Part shown: piece by piece, positions 53,701 through 64,000 of the stretch
Layout of the letters: every line of letters begins with the position of its first letter
Numbering within the stretch: position 1 is the stretch's first letter
NCBI GenBank assembly: GCA_963815195.1
Contig: CAWFGE010000008.1
Location: 320,001 to 384,000, forward strand
From: an uncultured Planctomycetaceae bacterium
GTDB taxonomy: Bacteria > Planctomycetota > Planctomycetia > Planctomycetales > Planctomycetaceae
Direction: 5' to 3'
DNA length: 64,000 nucleotides
Made by a program: the position numbers and the translations under genes
The notes under the pieces: model-generated
What the model saw: only the letters and a program-made list of their open reading frames with translations
Told to the model about the DNA's origin: nothing
The model's database searches: none

Positions 53701-55811
53701 CTCTCACCTGCGGCATAACTTTGTGCCGCCTGAAACGTGCCGTCGCCGTTGCCCACAAGGACGGAGATGTCGTCGCTGCCGCTCTCGGCCGTTGCCAGGT
53801 CGACCACGCCGTCGCGGTCAAAATCCGCGGCTGTCACGGAACTCGGAGGATTTCCGGTCGCGAAGTTCTGAGCCGGCTGAAACGTCCCATCTCCGTTCCC
53901 CACGAGAACGGAAACGTCGGCGCTCGTTTCATTTGCCGTGACGATGTCGATCGCATTGTCGCCGTTGACGTCGACCGTCACGACGGAATTTGGCTCATCA
54001 CCGGCGGCGAAACTTTGCGGTGTCTGGAACGTTCCATTTCCATTGCCCAACAACACCGAGACCTGACCGATACTTGGGTTTGCCGCGACCAGGTCGATGT
54101 CACCGTCGCCATCAATGTCCGCCGCCGCCACTGCCCGTGGACTGGTGCCGGCAGCAAAGTTCTGTGCCGCTCGGAACGCCCCGTCGCCGTTCCCGAGGAG
54201 GATTGAGACGTTGTGGCTGGCGACGTTGGCGATGGCGAGGTCGATCAGCCTGTCGCCATTGAAATCCCCCGTGACCCCGGCGACCGGGCCGCTACCGACG
54301 GCGATCGTTGAGAGTAAGGAGATGCCTTGAAGTAGCACCGTCACGCTGTTGGCGTTCGGGTTGATCGCGGCCAGATCGGTCCGGCCGTCCGCATTGAAGT
54401 CCCCCGCCACCAACGACTGCGGCCGCTGGATGACTGCAATCGTTTGAGCCGTCTGGAAGCTTCCATCGCCGTTCCCATACAGCAAGGAGATCGCCTTGTT
54501 GCCAAAAAGATCGGTGTTATTGAAATTGGCCGTGGCCAGGTCCGTCACGCCGTCGCCGTTGAAGTCTCCCACAACCACCTCTTCCGGATTCTCGTCGACC
54601 GCGATGTTCCGCACCGACACAAAGGTCCCATCGCCGTCCCCCAGGAGAACTGAGACATCGTCGCTGCCGGCGTTTGCGACGGCGACATCGATCACCGAAT
54701 CGCCGTTGAAGTCCCCCGTGGTCACCGACTGCGGTGTGTCGCCCGTTCCAAAACTCCGGGCCGCCTGGAACGTCCCATTCCCGTTCCCCAAGAGGACGGA
54801 GATGTCGTCGCGGGTATAGTTCGCCGTGATGACGTCGGTTGCCCCGTCGCCGTTGACATCCGCCGAGGTCACAGACCAAACGGCATTGCTGGCCGCGAAC
54901 TGCTGGGCCGACTGAAACGTCCCATCCCCGTTGCCGAAAAGCACTGCGACGGTGCCACTGGCAACGTTGCCGGTGATCAAATCGGTTGCGTTATCGTTGT
55001 TAAAGTCCCCCGTTGCCACGGACTGCGGGCTGTTGCCGGCAGAGAAGTTTTGCGCTGCTTGAAACGTGCCGTCGCCGTTGCTCAAAAAGACCGACGCCTG
55101 ACCGCTGCTGTAGCTCGCAACGGCGACGTCAGCCAGATTGTCGCCGTTGAAATCCCCGGCTGTCAGAGACCGCGGGGAGCCGAGCGTCCCGAAAGTCAAC
55201 GCTGCCTGAAACGACCCATCCCCGTTGGCGAAGAGCACCGACACGGTGCCGGTGTTGATGTTCGCTGTGGCGAGGTCGATGGCTCCATCATCGTTGAAAT
55301 CGCCGGTCGTCACCGACCGCGGGCCGTCTCCGACGGCAAAGTCAACCGCCGTCTGAAAGGTGCCGTCGCCGTTGCCCAACAGCACCGATACGCTGTCGCT
55401 GCTGTTATTGGCCACAGCCAGGTCGATCCGATTGTCGCCGTCGAAGTCCGCAGTCGTCACGGAATAGGGTGCATTGCCGACGGCGTAGTCTTGCGCCGCT
55501 TGGAACTTCCCATTTCCATTGCCCAAAAGCACGGAGACATTGGAACTGTTGAAGTTCGCGGTGACGAGGTCGCTGGCACCGTCGCCGTTGAAGTCGGCCA
55601 TCGCCACCGACAACGGTTGATCACCGACGTCGAATCGCGAATCCGGAAACAGCGGCTCGCCCGAAAGCAGAGTGCGATCCTCCAAGACTTCCGCGCCGAT
55701 CCAATGTTCCCGCCGTCGCCCGATGCGGCTTCGGCGGGCGTGGAAACGGCCTGCGTTGGTCTTTGTCCAAGAGATCGGGAGGGACCACAGCAATTGAAAA
55801 AAGCGATTCAT
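41711..55811 (-). CDS. Giant secreted multidomain protein (~4700 aa): LEPRxLL leader, FG-GAP repeats, parallel beta-helix, PA14-like, LamG-like, PKD-like, RTX Ca-binding repeats, metzincin motif, PPC-like; split at ~47300, ~45097, ~42045
   Basis: EVLEDRTLLS; DFNGDG.D.LA.AN; NVISGN/GNYIGTD; GGxGNDxL nonapeptides; HELGHQFGLRH; four consecutive same-strand ORFs. Confidence 0.85.
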
Positions 55812-55869
55812 TCTGAACCTCACGTTGCCGACTCTCGTGGAGGGACGCGCCGCCTGGCAAGACCGGCGG

Positions 55870-56098
55870 CATGGGGGATCGACCAACTCGGGAAAACCTG
55901 CCGAAAGCAAAGTGCCATCTTCCAAGACCTCCGCACCGCCAACATCCGCCGGGCGCGGTGGTGGCGGGAACCCCAAGTGCGGGCATGGGCCTGTTTGAAA
56001 ATCGAAGACAGCAGGCGCACGATGGCGGATCGGCCTCTGAGTCCAGTGGAGGAACAGGTCAAATCAATGCAGGAATGAAATACAGACGTCATCGAAGT
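55870..56098 (-). pseudogene. Remnant second LEPRxLL-type leader upstream of the giant gene
   Basis: Arg-rich VRLLSSIFKQ...RHHRARR followed (shifted frame) by GAEVLEDGTLLSAGFPELVDP. Confidence 0.45.
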
Positions 56099-56435
56099 GA
56101 AAGCAGGGATGGAAAACCGTTCAGTCGTTGTCGGCAACTTTCGAGAGATTACCAGGGAACTTGCCGGGAACTTCTCGCCACGGAAAACATCGCGTTTCAC
56201 TTCATCGATTGAGAATGGGCGCGGCCAGAAATCGGACTCTTCTATTCATAAATCGCTGAACGAGTCGCAAGTGTGACACGGTAGAGGCGTTTTGATTTTG
56301 CGACTTCCATTCGGCCGTTCTTTGTGGACAAAATTTCACAATTTGTCGCCGGAAAAGCCGCTTTTTTCTTGAACGTGTTCGATCTCGCATGCGAGAATTA
56401 TGACTAACCATGCAATTACTGAAACGAGGGTTTCG

Positions 56436-57035
56436 ATGGCGGACGGTTCAGTCAGTCGTTGGATCAGCCAACTCAAAAATGGCGAGCATGAGGCCGCCCA
56501 GGCGCTTTGGGAACGTTACCACGCCCGGTTGCTTGGTTTGGCGAGACAAAGGCTTGCGCAGTCGAATCGCGGTCATGCCGACGAGGAGGATGCCGTGCAA
56601 GTGGCCTTCAAATGCTTTTTTGAAGGGGTCATCTTCGGCCGGTTTCCTAATCTCAGCGATCGAGATGACTTGTGGCGTCTGTTGGTTGTGATCACAACAC
56701 GCAAATCGATCGATCACGTCCGCCGAGAACAGCGAAATGGAAGCGGTCATGTCACACTCTCGGTGGCTTCCACGATTTCCATTAAGAGGGGCGAGGACGA
56801 TCTGGAGAATCTGGTGTGCCGAGAACCAACGGCCGATATGGCACTCGAATTGATCGAAGGCTACGAAACCTTGTTGGCCCGCTTGGACGATCCGCAACTG
56901 AAACGAATTGCTGTGTGGAAACTCGAAGGCTACAACAATGAAGAAATCGCCGCGAAGTTGGGATGCTCCCGTCGAACGGTCATTCGCAAGTTGGAAACGA
57001 TTCGTCTGATTTGGAGCAATGATTTCGACCCATGA
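56436..57035 (+). CDS. ECF-type sigma factor (Sigma70_ECF family)
   Basis: SVSRWISQLK.G...AAQALWERY, DEEDAVQ, DLWRLLVVITTRK, EEIAAKLGCSRRTV.RKL; overlaps the kinase start. Confidence 0.9.
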   Translation: MADGSVSRWISQLKNGEHEAAQALWERYHARLLGLARQRLAQSNRGHADEEDAVQVAFKCFFEGVIFGRFPNLSDRDDLWRLLVVITTRKSIDHVRREQRNGSGHVTLSVASTISIKRGEDDLENLVCREPTADMALELIEGYETLLARLDDPQLKRIAVWKLEGYNNEEIAAKLGCSRRTVIRKLETIRLIWSNDFDP

Positions 57036-60000
57036 CTTCCAAGCCTCCGGTGGAAATCAAGGATCTGACGGTTTCCGCCGCCTATCGAATCGATGCGATT
57101 TGCTGCCGGCTTGAGGAGGCCCTCAAAGCGGGAACGGCCTCCCGATTAGAGGACTACCTCAACGAGGTTGAGGAACCCTTGCGGGCGGCTCTGTTTCATC
57201 AGATGCTGCTTTTGGAATGGGAGGTCTTTTCGGATCAAGGCCTGCCGATCGACGTTTCCCGGTATGAGCAGCGATTTCCCCGCTTTGTGCCGCTGATCCG
57301 GGAAACATACCGCGTGCACCAACCGCAATCCCGGCCGAGTTCTCCCATCGTCTTTGGGGACTCGGAATTGATTTCACTCACCCGCGCCATCGACTGTTCC
57401 CGCCGCTGGAAGCAGCGTGGATGCGATATCATCGGGCGGCTCGGTCGAGGCGCGGCGGGAAGCGTTTATCTCGCCTGGCATCATTCCCAGGCCCAACTCG
57501 TGGCGGTGAAAATTCTCGAGCGCGGACCGGAAGATCTGGAAGGTTTGGAGCGCTTCCGCCAAGAGGTCCAAATTCTCAAGGATCTCGCTCATCCAAACAT
57601 CGTGGCAATCTTCGACTACGGCGAATTTGAGGCGCGGCCGTTTTACAGCATGGAGTACTGTGCCAACGGCAGCCTCGCGGACTACCTCAAACAACACCGG
57701 TTAACGCAAAGCGCAGCGGCCGGGTTGATGCGGATCCTGGCAGACGCTGTTCACGCGGCCCATCGGGTTCAGGTTGTGCACCGTGATATTAAACCAAGCA
57801 ACGTTCTCATCCAGCGGCTCACCGCAAGAGAGATGGAGAAGGTTCAGGAAACGGAACACGGGAAAGACGTACTTCGCGGCGTTCCATTGGAACCAGAGGA
57901 ATTCCTCGTTCCAAAACTTGCGGACTTTGGCCTCGCAAAAAGCGTAGACACGCAGGAGTTGACGACAACCGGCCAGATTTTGGGGACGCCGCGGTACATG
58001 GCGCCGGAACAGATCCTTGGAGAAACTGGAATTGATCGTGCCAAGGCCGACGTTTACTCGTTGGGGGCGGTGCTGTTTGAGTGCTTGACGAATCAGCCCG
58101 TATTTCCCGGAGAAACCGTTTTGGGAACCATGCAGGCCGTCATTGAGAGGGATCCGGTTCCTCCCACGCGATTGCGAAAAGAAATCCCAAGGCCTTTGGA
58201 AACCATTTGCCTGAAATGTCTGCAAAAGAATCCCCAGGATCGTTACGCGGATGCCAAGGAGTTGGCCGAAGATTTGGGGCGTTTTTTGAGTGGGGAAGCG
58301 ATTCTTGCCCGTCGGGTCGGTCCTTTGAGGAGATGTTGGCGATCAATCCGCCGCCATCCGAGTCGCCTTGCACTTGGCTGCGTGGTCGTTTTGTTGCTGT
58401 TATCGGCTATGTTATTGCGATCGGTTTTCCGTGTCGGTCAGGACCTCGAAACGGCCCACGCAAAGCTCAGTCGAGAGGCGGCCGTGTGGGAATACGCCGA
58501 CGCCCTGTTGGAATCGGAACATCAAGCGCGCGAAACCACCTTGCTTAGATTGTCTCGAAGCCTGAAAGCCGCGGCCGACGCGAAGGCGCACGACCTGGAA
58601 TATACGATTCGGCGGCAAATCGGCGCGTGGCAGCGGGAGATCCATCCCCTCACAAACGAGTTCGACCATGCGGGCAAGATTATGGCAATCGACTGCAGCA
58701 GGGAGGGGAATTTGATTGTGAGCGGCGGCCAATCCTGCCGAGCTCTTATTTGGGATGCCGCCACCGGGGAACTTGTTACCGGACCGCTTTGGCATCACGA
58801 CACGATCTTCTCCGTGGCGTTCAGTCCCGATGCGAAATGGGTCATCACGGGATCGGCCGACGGAACCGCCCAGGTTTGGGAAACGGCTACCGGACGAAAA
58901 GGGGCGACGCTCCGGCACAAGGATCGTGTGCTGTCGGTGGCTTATAGTCCGGACGGATTGAAAGTTTTGACCGGTAGCCAAGATGGGACGGCGCAGCAAT
59001 GGGATCCATCGACCGGGGAACCCATCGGATTGCCGATGCAGCATGCGGATGTTGTACGTTGCGTCAAATACAGCCCCGATGGCCGATGGATTGCAACGGG
59101 CGGCAACGAACCGACGGCCAAGTTGTGGCACGCCGCCGATTCCAAACGCGCAGGAACGACATTTCGCCATCCGGGGATCGTATTCAGCCTGGCCTTCAGT
59201 CCAAAGGGTGACAAGCTGGCCACCGGGGGCGGCGATGGGGCGGTTCGCCTCTGGAACCTCGAAAGCGGCCTGCCGATCGGTGCTCCGTTCCGTCCCTATA
59301 TCACCGTCAAGAGCGTCGATTTTAGTTTGGATGGGAATGTTCTCTTAACGGCGAACAATAGCACCCGAGTGACTCTATGGGAAATCTCCTCCGGCAAGCC
59401 CATCGGCCGGGGAATTGTTCATGCCAACAAAGTGGCAGCGACGGCCTATACGAGAAATGGCCGGATCGTAACAGGGGGCTACGACGGCCGGGTCCGAGTT
59501 TGGGATTCGTTCGATCCGCTGATGGTCGAACACGGCCAGTCCATCCGGTGCTTCGCGTTTCGGCCTCCGGGCGAACGTTTCTTGTGCGGGTGTTTGCATA
59601 ACGTTTTCATCGAGGATGCAAAGACACTGAGCAACCTGCCATCCGTGCTAAAAACAAGCGCGTCGATTTTGGCCATCAGCCCTGATTCGAGCACGATCCT
59701 CACCGGCCCATCGGAAGGCATGATGCAGTTGATTGATGCGAAATCGGGGGAGAGGTTCGGACGTTTGATGGCGCATCAAGGGCAGACGACCGCAACGTTC
59801 AGCCCGGACAGTCGCACATTGTTGACGGGCAGTCGCGATGGATCGGCCTGCTTATGGGACGCCTCCAGCGGGAAGCGAATCGCCGGCCCGATTCGGTTTT
59901 CAAAAGTCGTGTCCGCTTTGGCGTTTGCGCCCGACAACCGCACCGCCGTCCTCGGCATATGGGACCATGCGGAAGTTTGGGATATAAAATCGTGCAAGCG

Positions 60001-60445
60001 GCTCGGCCCGGGTTTAGGTCATTCCGGGGGCGTCGTATCGGCCGCATTTAGTCCCGATGGCCGATACATTCTCACTGGGACGAGCGACCACAAATCCTAT
60101 TTATGGGACGTCTCCTTTTGGCAACTGATCCACCCGTCCATTCTGCACGGTGGCCGAGTCCGTGCCGTGGCCTTTCATCCCAATGGCGAAGACTATGTCA
60201 CCGGGAGCGATGATGGAGTCGTTCAGCGATGGTTCGTATCATCTGGGGATCGGCTGGGACCGCCTCTTCGGCATCCTTCGCGGATCAATGTCCTTGCATT
60301 TGACCCCTCCGGCACATTTTTTCTGACCGGCTGCCAAGATGGCCGTGTCCGCCGATACTCTCTGCCGGCCCCCATCGAGGGATCTCCGGAATCGATTCGA
60401 CTCTGGATCGAAACGGCGATAGGCCGCTCCTTGAATCACAATTGA
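57032..60445 (+). CDS. Ser/Thr kinase with TM segment and WD40 repeats
   Basis: LGRGAAGSVY, HRDIKPSNVL, DFGLAK, GTPRYMAPEQ; H...V..VAFSPDG...TGS.D repeats. Confidence 0.9.
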   Translation: MTSKPPVEIKDLTVSAAYRIDAICCRLEEALKAGTASRLEDYLNEVEEPLRAALFHQMLLLEWEVFSDQGLPIDVSRYEQRFPRFVPLIRETYRVHQPQSRPSSPIVFGDSELISLTRAIDCSRRWKQRGCDIIGRLGRGAAGSVYLAWHHSQAQLVAVKILERGPEDLEGLERFRQEVQILKDLAHPNIVAIFDYGEFEARPFYSMEYCANGSLADYLKQHRLTQSAAAGLMRILADAVHAAHRVQVVHRDIKPSNVLIQRLTAREMEKVQETEHGKDVLRGVPLEPEEFLVPKLADFGLAKSVDTQELTTTGQILGTPRYMAPEQILGETGIDRAKADVYSLGAVLFECLTNQPVFPGETVLGTMQAVIERDPVPPTRLRKEIPRPLETICLKCLQKNPQDRYADAKELAEDLGRFLSGEAILARRVGPLRRCWRSIRRHPSRLALGCVVVLLLLSAMLLRSVFRVGQDLETAHAKLSREAAVWEYADALLESEHQARETTLLRLSRSLKAAADAKAHDLEYTIRRQIGAWQREIHPLTNEFDHAGKIMAIDCSREGNLIVSGGQSCRALIWDAATGELVTGPLWHHDTIFSVAFSPDAKWVITGSADGTAQVWETATGRKGATLRHKDRVLSVAYSPDGLKVLTGSQDGTAQQWDPSTGEPIGLPMQHADVVRCVKYSPDGRWIATGGNEPTAKLWHAADSKRAGTTFRHPGIVFSLAFSPKGDKLATGGGDGAVRLWNLESGLPIGAPFRPYITVKSVDFSLDGNVLLTANNSTRVTLWEISSGKPIGRGIVHANKVAATAYTRNGRIVTGGYDGRVRVWDSFDPLMVEHGQSIRCFAFRPPGERFLCGCLHNVFIEDAKTLSNLPSVLKTSASILAISPDSSTILTGPSEGMMQLIDAKSGERFGRLMAHQGQTTATFSPDSRTLLTGSRDGSACLWDASSGKRIAGPIRFSKVVSALAFAPDNRTAVLGIWDHAEVWDIKSCKRLGPGLGHSGGVVSAAFSPDGRYILTGTSDHKSYLWDVSFWQLIHPSILHGGRVRAVAFHPNGEDYVTGSDDGVVQRWFVSSGDRLGPPLRHPSRINVLAFDPSGTFFLTGCQDGRVRRYSLPAPIEGSPESIRLWIETAIGRSLNHN

Positions 60446-60492
60446 AGGATTCACCGACTCAATCCTTTGCGGTGGACGAAACGAATGCGTCT

Positions 60493-63400
60493 TCAGTCGA
60501 GATGCATCTTTTTCAGTTGCCTTTGGATCGCATCCCAGTTCCAAATATGGAGCAAATCGTCCGCCGTGAATGAAAGCTCGCGGCCGTCGCGGCTGAATTC
60601 GAGCCAGCCGACGGTTTGGCGTTCCGGCGGTTCGAGGATGGCCACCTGCTTTCCCGTCGCCACGTCGAGCATCTGGACCGAATAGCGGGTGTGAGTGAAA
60701 GCGACGAGTTTGCCATCGGGCGAGAAGGCCACGTGTCCCGGCCATCCGTCCGGATGTTCGCGGGGCATGCGATGCACACACTCCCAAGTCTCGGTGTTCC
60801 AGAGGAAGTGAACGTCCGCCGCGCCCACCGCCAGCCATTTGCCATTGGGACTGAATACGGGTGCCGCACTCTCGATTTCGGGAGCGAGGTTTTCCAGCAT
60901 CGTGCCGGTGGCCCGATCCCAGATTCGCACGCCGTGGCCCTGCCAGGTCGCTGTGGCCACGAGCCGGCCGTCGGGGCTGAGCACAGCCCGATCCAGGCTC
61001 GCGTGCGGCGCGAGCGAGACTTTCTGGGCGGGTTCTTTCAGGTCCACCACCATCGCGTGGCGATCGCCCGCATCGACGGCGACATACCGGCCGGAGGAAT
61101 CCATCGAGGCCCGCCCGGTGGCGCCCGGCAAAAGCAGCAACCGCGGACCGATTTGGATGGCGTCGAGGTTCTCCGGGTCCAGTTCGATTGGCCATTGGTT
61201 CAGCCCCAATCCGCCGCTGGTGAGGATGGATTTTCCGTCCGGAGTGAAGAGCACACCCTGAGTATATTGCGAGGGCAGCACATCGAGCAGTTGCCCCGTT
61301 TTCGTATTCCAGAATTGCACGCCCTGGCTCGTGGCCGTCGCCAGAAGGTGGGGAATGCTGGGATGGTACTGCGACATCCAGCGGGCGGTTTTCTGGCCTT
61401 TGCGTCCCAGAGTCATCAGCGGCCCACCCAGGGCGACCTCCCAGATGCCGAAGGTCGTATCGAATCCGCCAAAGCCGAGTAATCGGTCGTCCGGGCTGAA
61501 ATCCGAGCGCACGGGATGGCGAAAGTCCATGCGGAGCAACTCGCTGGCGCGTCCGAGATCCCACAGACGCGACGTGCCGTCCCACGCCCGGGAGAACAAC
61601 AGTCTTCCATTATGGCTCGCGTTGAGTTGAACCACGCGGGCGAGATGCCCTTCCAACTCATGAATCGGCCGCTGCGGCCGGCCAGCGTCCCAAATGCGGA
61701 TCACCCCATCCGGGGTTCCACACGAGATGTATTCTCCGTTCCAAGCCACACAGGTCACAATACGGGCGGGCTGGAGCACGACATGCCCGGGACGGTCCGG
61801 CTTATTTTCTGAAGCGACCTGATCCGCTGCGGGAACATCGACGATCTCTGCGCCCATGTTGGTCGCGACGGCGACTTTGGTTCCTTCCGGATTGAAACAG
61901 AGTTCCGTCAGTTCGCCCCGAAACTGTTCTTCGAACAGGACGTTGGCTTCGGGGAGCGAAAACACCCGCAGGACGCGATCTTCGCCCGCGACCGCCAGCC
62001 GTTGGCTGTCCGCTGCGAACGCCATCGTCGTCGGCATGGCGGTTTTGATGTCGCATTCCAACACAATGCGGCCGCTGTCGAGTTCCCAAGCCCACAAAAC
62101 CGGCGAAGTGTCCTGGTCGTGAAACTTCGCGGCCAGAAACCGTCCATCGGGACTAAATCGCAAAATCCAAGCGCGGGCCCCCGGCCCCGTGAGCGACTGG
62201 ATTTCCAGATTGTCCGCCACACGCCGAATCGTGATGTTGCCCTGGTGATCGCTATGGGCGTAGCGGTCGTATTCGGACGTAAAGGCCACCACTCCCGTCC
62301 AGCCCTTTTCCACCGGCCAACTCTGTTTGATGCGGACATCGACCAAAGGCATCGCGGCGATCGCCTCGTTTCGCAGCTTGAATTTTTCCCGCTCCAGTTC
62401 GTCGCGATTCCATGCGAGGGTGGGAAGGATCTTCGCCGCCTCGGTTAGGGCGGTGAGGCTGGTGAAATGTTGCCCCGGCCGATGACTCCATCGGCCCGCA
62501 TTGGCGCGGCCGCGATGCGATTCATACAGCGCCTGGGTGGCAACCTGCGTGGCCTTCCGCGCCTTGACCTCCGCCTGCACCACGCGCTGGTTCTCGGCTT
62601 CCAGTTCCTCGGCGTGCTGGCGGGAATCGTAAGCGGAATACAACGAAACGCCCGCCAGGACCACCAACAGCACGGCGATGCACGCGGTCAACGCGGCTTG
62701 AGCGGGATTCCGCCGGCACCAGCGCCAACACCGCTCGCGCAGCGAAATCCGCCGGGCCTGGATGGGCCGGTCCTCGACGAACAGCCGCAGGTCTTCCGCC
62801 ATTTTTTCCGCCGACGAATAGCGATGGCTCGGCTCCCGGTCGATGGATTTTAAGATGATCGTCTCCAGATCCCGCGGGATGCGCGGATTGATCTGCCGCG
62901 GCGGCGGGGGCGTATGATGCGTCACCTGATGGATCAGTTCCGCGCGGTCGGATTGCTCGAACGCATAGCGAAAGGTGCAAAGCTCGTAAAGCGTCAGCCC
63001 CAAACTGTAGAGGTCGCTGCGGACGTCGGCCTGCCCTTGAAACCGTTCCGGAGCCATGTAGCGGAGCGTTCCCACAATGTCGCCCGTGTGCGTGAAGTCA
63101 TCGCCTTCGTGTTTGGCCAGGCCGAAGTCCGTCACCCAGACCACGCCCTGCATGTCCAACAGCAGGTTCGACGGCTTGATGTCGCGATGCAGCACGCCTT
63201 GCAGGTGGGCATAGTGGAGAGCCTCGGCGACTTGCAGCCCCACCCGCGCCACCCGCCGAAAATATCCTTCGCCCGCTTCGCCGATGCGGGCGAATTCCGA
63301 TCCCTCCGGAACCTGGATGGCTTTATCGCTTTCGGAAGAACCCGCAAGACGCCCCGGGTCGGCCGTCGCCGGGACGTGTTCCACGATCTGTTCCGCGACC

Positions 63401-64000
63401 ACGGTGGTCGTCGCCTCGGGCGGAAGCTCCCATTGGCCGGAGAGAAGATGTTGGGCCACGGACCCGTTGCCGAGCGTGGGTTTGCGGTTCCGAATTCGCG
63501 TGGTGGCGCACGAGAGCCCGGCGTGGTCGCGCCCTTCATGATGCCCGCGAAGCTCGTCGATCACCGTGTCCAAATTCTGGCCGTGAATGTACTGCATCGC
63601 GTAGAAAGACAGCCCCTGATCGAAGCCGACTTCGAAAATGGGCACAATGTTCGTGTGATGCAGATTGCCCGCCGCCCGAGTTTCCCGCAGGAACCGGTCC
63701 CGGTTTTTGCCTTGCGATGCAAGTTCCTTGGGAAGCACTTTCAAGGCGACCCGCCGCTGCATGGTCTCGTGGATCGCTTCATAAACGATGCCCATGCCGC
63801 CCCGGCCGATTTCCCCGCAAATCTGATATTTGCCGAGCGCGGCAGGGGCGTTCGAGGGCAGCCCCGCGGCAACCGTCGTGCGCTGAGGCTCATCGGGCGT
63901 CAATTTTTCCAGCATCGCGAGGGTGGGAAACAACTCGCGGATCTCCTCTGCCAAGTCCGGATGCATTGCGGTGTAGGTCTCCAGATCGGGCGACTCTCCG
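60493..64000 (-). CDS. Ser/Thr kinase with TM segment and WD40 repeats, 5' end outside window
   Basis: IGRGGMGIVY, HRDIKPSNLL, DFGLAK, GTLRYMAPE, WRWCRRNP; WD40 C-terminus. Confidence 0.9.
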   Translation of the reverse strand, partial: GESPDLETYTAMHPDLAEEIRELFPTLAMLEKLTPDEPQRTTVAAGLPSNAPAALGKYQICGEIGRGGMGIVYEAIHETMQRRVALKVLPKELASQGKNRDRFLRETRAAGNLHHTNIVPIFEVGFDQGLSFYAMQYIHGQNLDTVIDELRGHHEGRDHAGLSCATTRIRNRKPTLGNGSVAQHLLSGQWELPPEATTTVVAEQIVEHVPATADPGRLAGSSESDKAIQVPEGSEFARIGEAGEGYFRRVARVGLQVAEALHYAHLQGVLHRDIKPSNLLLDMQGVVWVTDFGLAKHEGDDFTHTGDIVGTLRYMAPERFQGQADVRSDLYSLGLTLYELCTFRYAFEQSDRAELIHQVTHHTPPPPRQINPRIPRDLETIILKSIDREPSHRYSSAEKMAEDLRLFVEDRPIQARRISLRERCWRWCRRNPAQAALTACIAVLLVVLAGVSLYSAYDSRQHAEELEAENQRVVQAEVKARKATQVATQALYESHRGRANAGRWSHRPGQHFTSLTALTEAAKILPTLAWNRDELEREKFKLRNEAIAAMPLVDVRIKQSWPVEKGWTGVVAFTSEYDRYAHSDHQGNITIRRVADNLEIQSLTGPGARAWILRFSPDGRFLAAKFHDQDTSPVLWAWELDSGRIVLECDIKTAMPTTMAFAADSQRLAVAGEDRVLRVFSLPEANVLFEEQFRGELTELCFNPEGTKVAVATNMGAEIVDVPAADQVASENKPDRPGHVVLQPARIVTCVAWNGEYISCGTPDGVIRIWDAGRPQRPIHELEGHLARVVQLNASHNGRLLFSRAWDGTSRLWDLGRASELLRMDFRHPVRSDFSPDDRLLGFGGFDTTFGIWEVALGGPLMTLGRKGQKTARWMSQYHPSIPHLLATATSQGVQFWNTKTGQLLDVLPSQYTQGVLFTPDGKSILTSGGLGLNQWPIELDPENLDAIQIGPRLLLLPGATGRASMDSSGRYVAVDAGDRHAMVVDLKEPAQKVSLAPHASLDRAVLSPDGRLVATATWQGHGVRIWDRATGTMLENLAPEIESAAPVFSPNGKWLAVGAADVHFLWNTETWECVHRMPREHPDGWPGHVAFSPDGKLVAFTHTRYSVQMLDVATGKQVAILEPPERQTVGWLEFSRDGRELSFTADDLLHIWNWDAIQRQLKKMHLD

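Noticed and set aside
7277..56280. Shared CGTGTCAC upstream of both LEPRxLL genes (7277-7284, 56273-56280) as an ECF -35 element
   Set aside because: Only an 8-bp match and the downstream -10 regions do not agree; too weak without more examples

Overview
GC-rich bacterial chromosome segment, very likely from a Planctomycete: it has LEPRxLL-type secreted proteins, ECF sigma/Ser-Thr kinase pairs, a DUF1598-like gene and Tat/lipoproteins. Many genes are split by single-base indels, which look like long-read sequencing errors rather than real pseudogenes. Housekeeping and accessory genes include tilS, mtnA, an argE-like M20 enzyme, an ATE/Bpt aminoacyl-protein transferase, a radical SAM enzyme and a sulfite-oxidase-family enzyme. 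The window also holds a low-GC ABC-ATPase + DUF3226-like pair (candidate defence system), four Ser/Thr kinases, two ECF sigmas, a glycosyltransferase cluster and a ~14 kb giant secreted protein gene. The most striking region is a minus-strand array of about 18 tRNA genes or remnants (29.6-32.9 kb). Twelve look intact, including a rare tRNA-Ile(UAU), a short-arm tRNA-Leu and an Arg tRNA with a tRNA-Pyl-like fold. The rest are damaged by an IS4-family element, a foreign gene fragment, or a tiny repeated GGACCA-hairpin-GGTGCCC insert. Directly upstream is a 33-codon leader ORF whose stop codon overlaps an antiterminator that competes with an intrinsic terminator. This is a candidate ribosome-coupled attenuator that would switch the tRNA operon on under translation stress.
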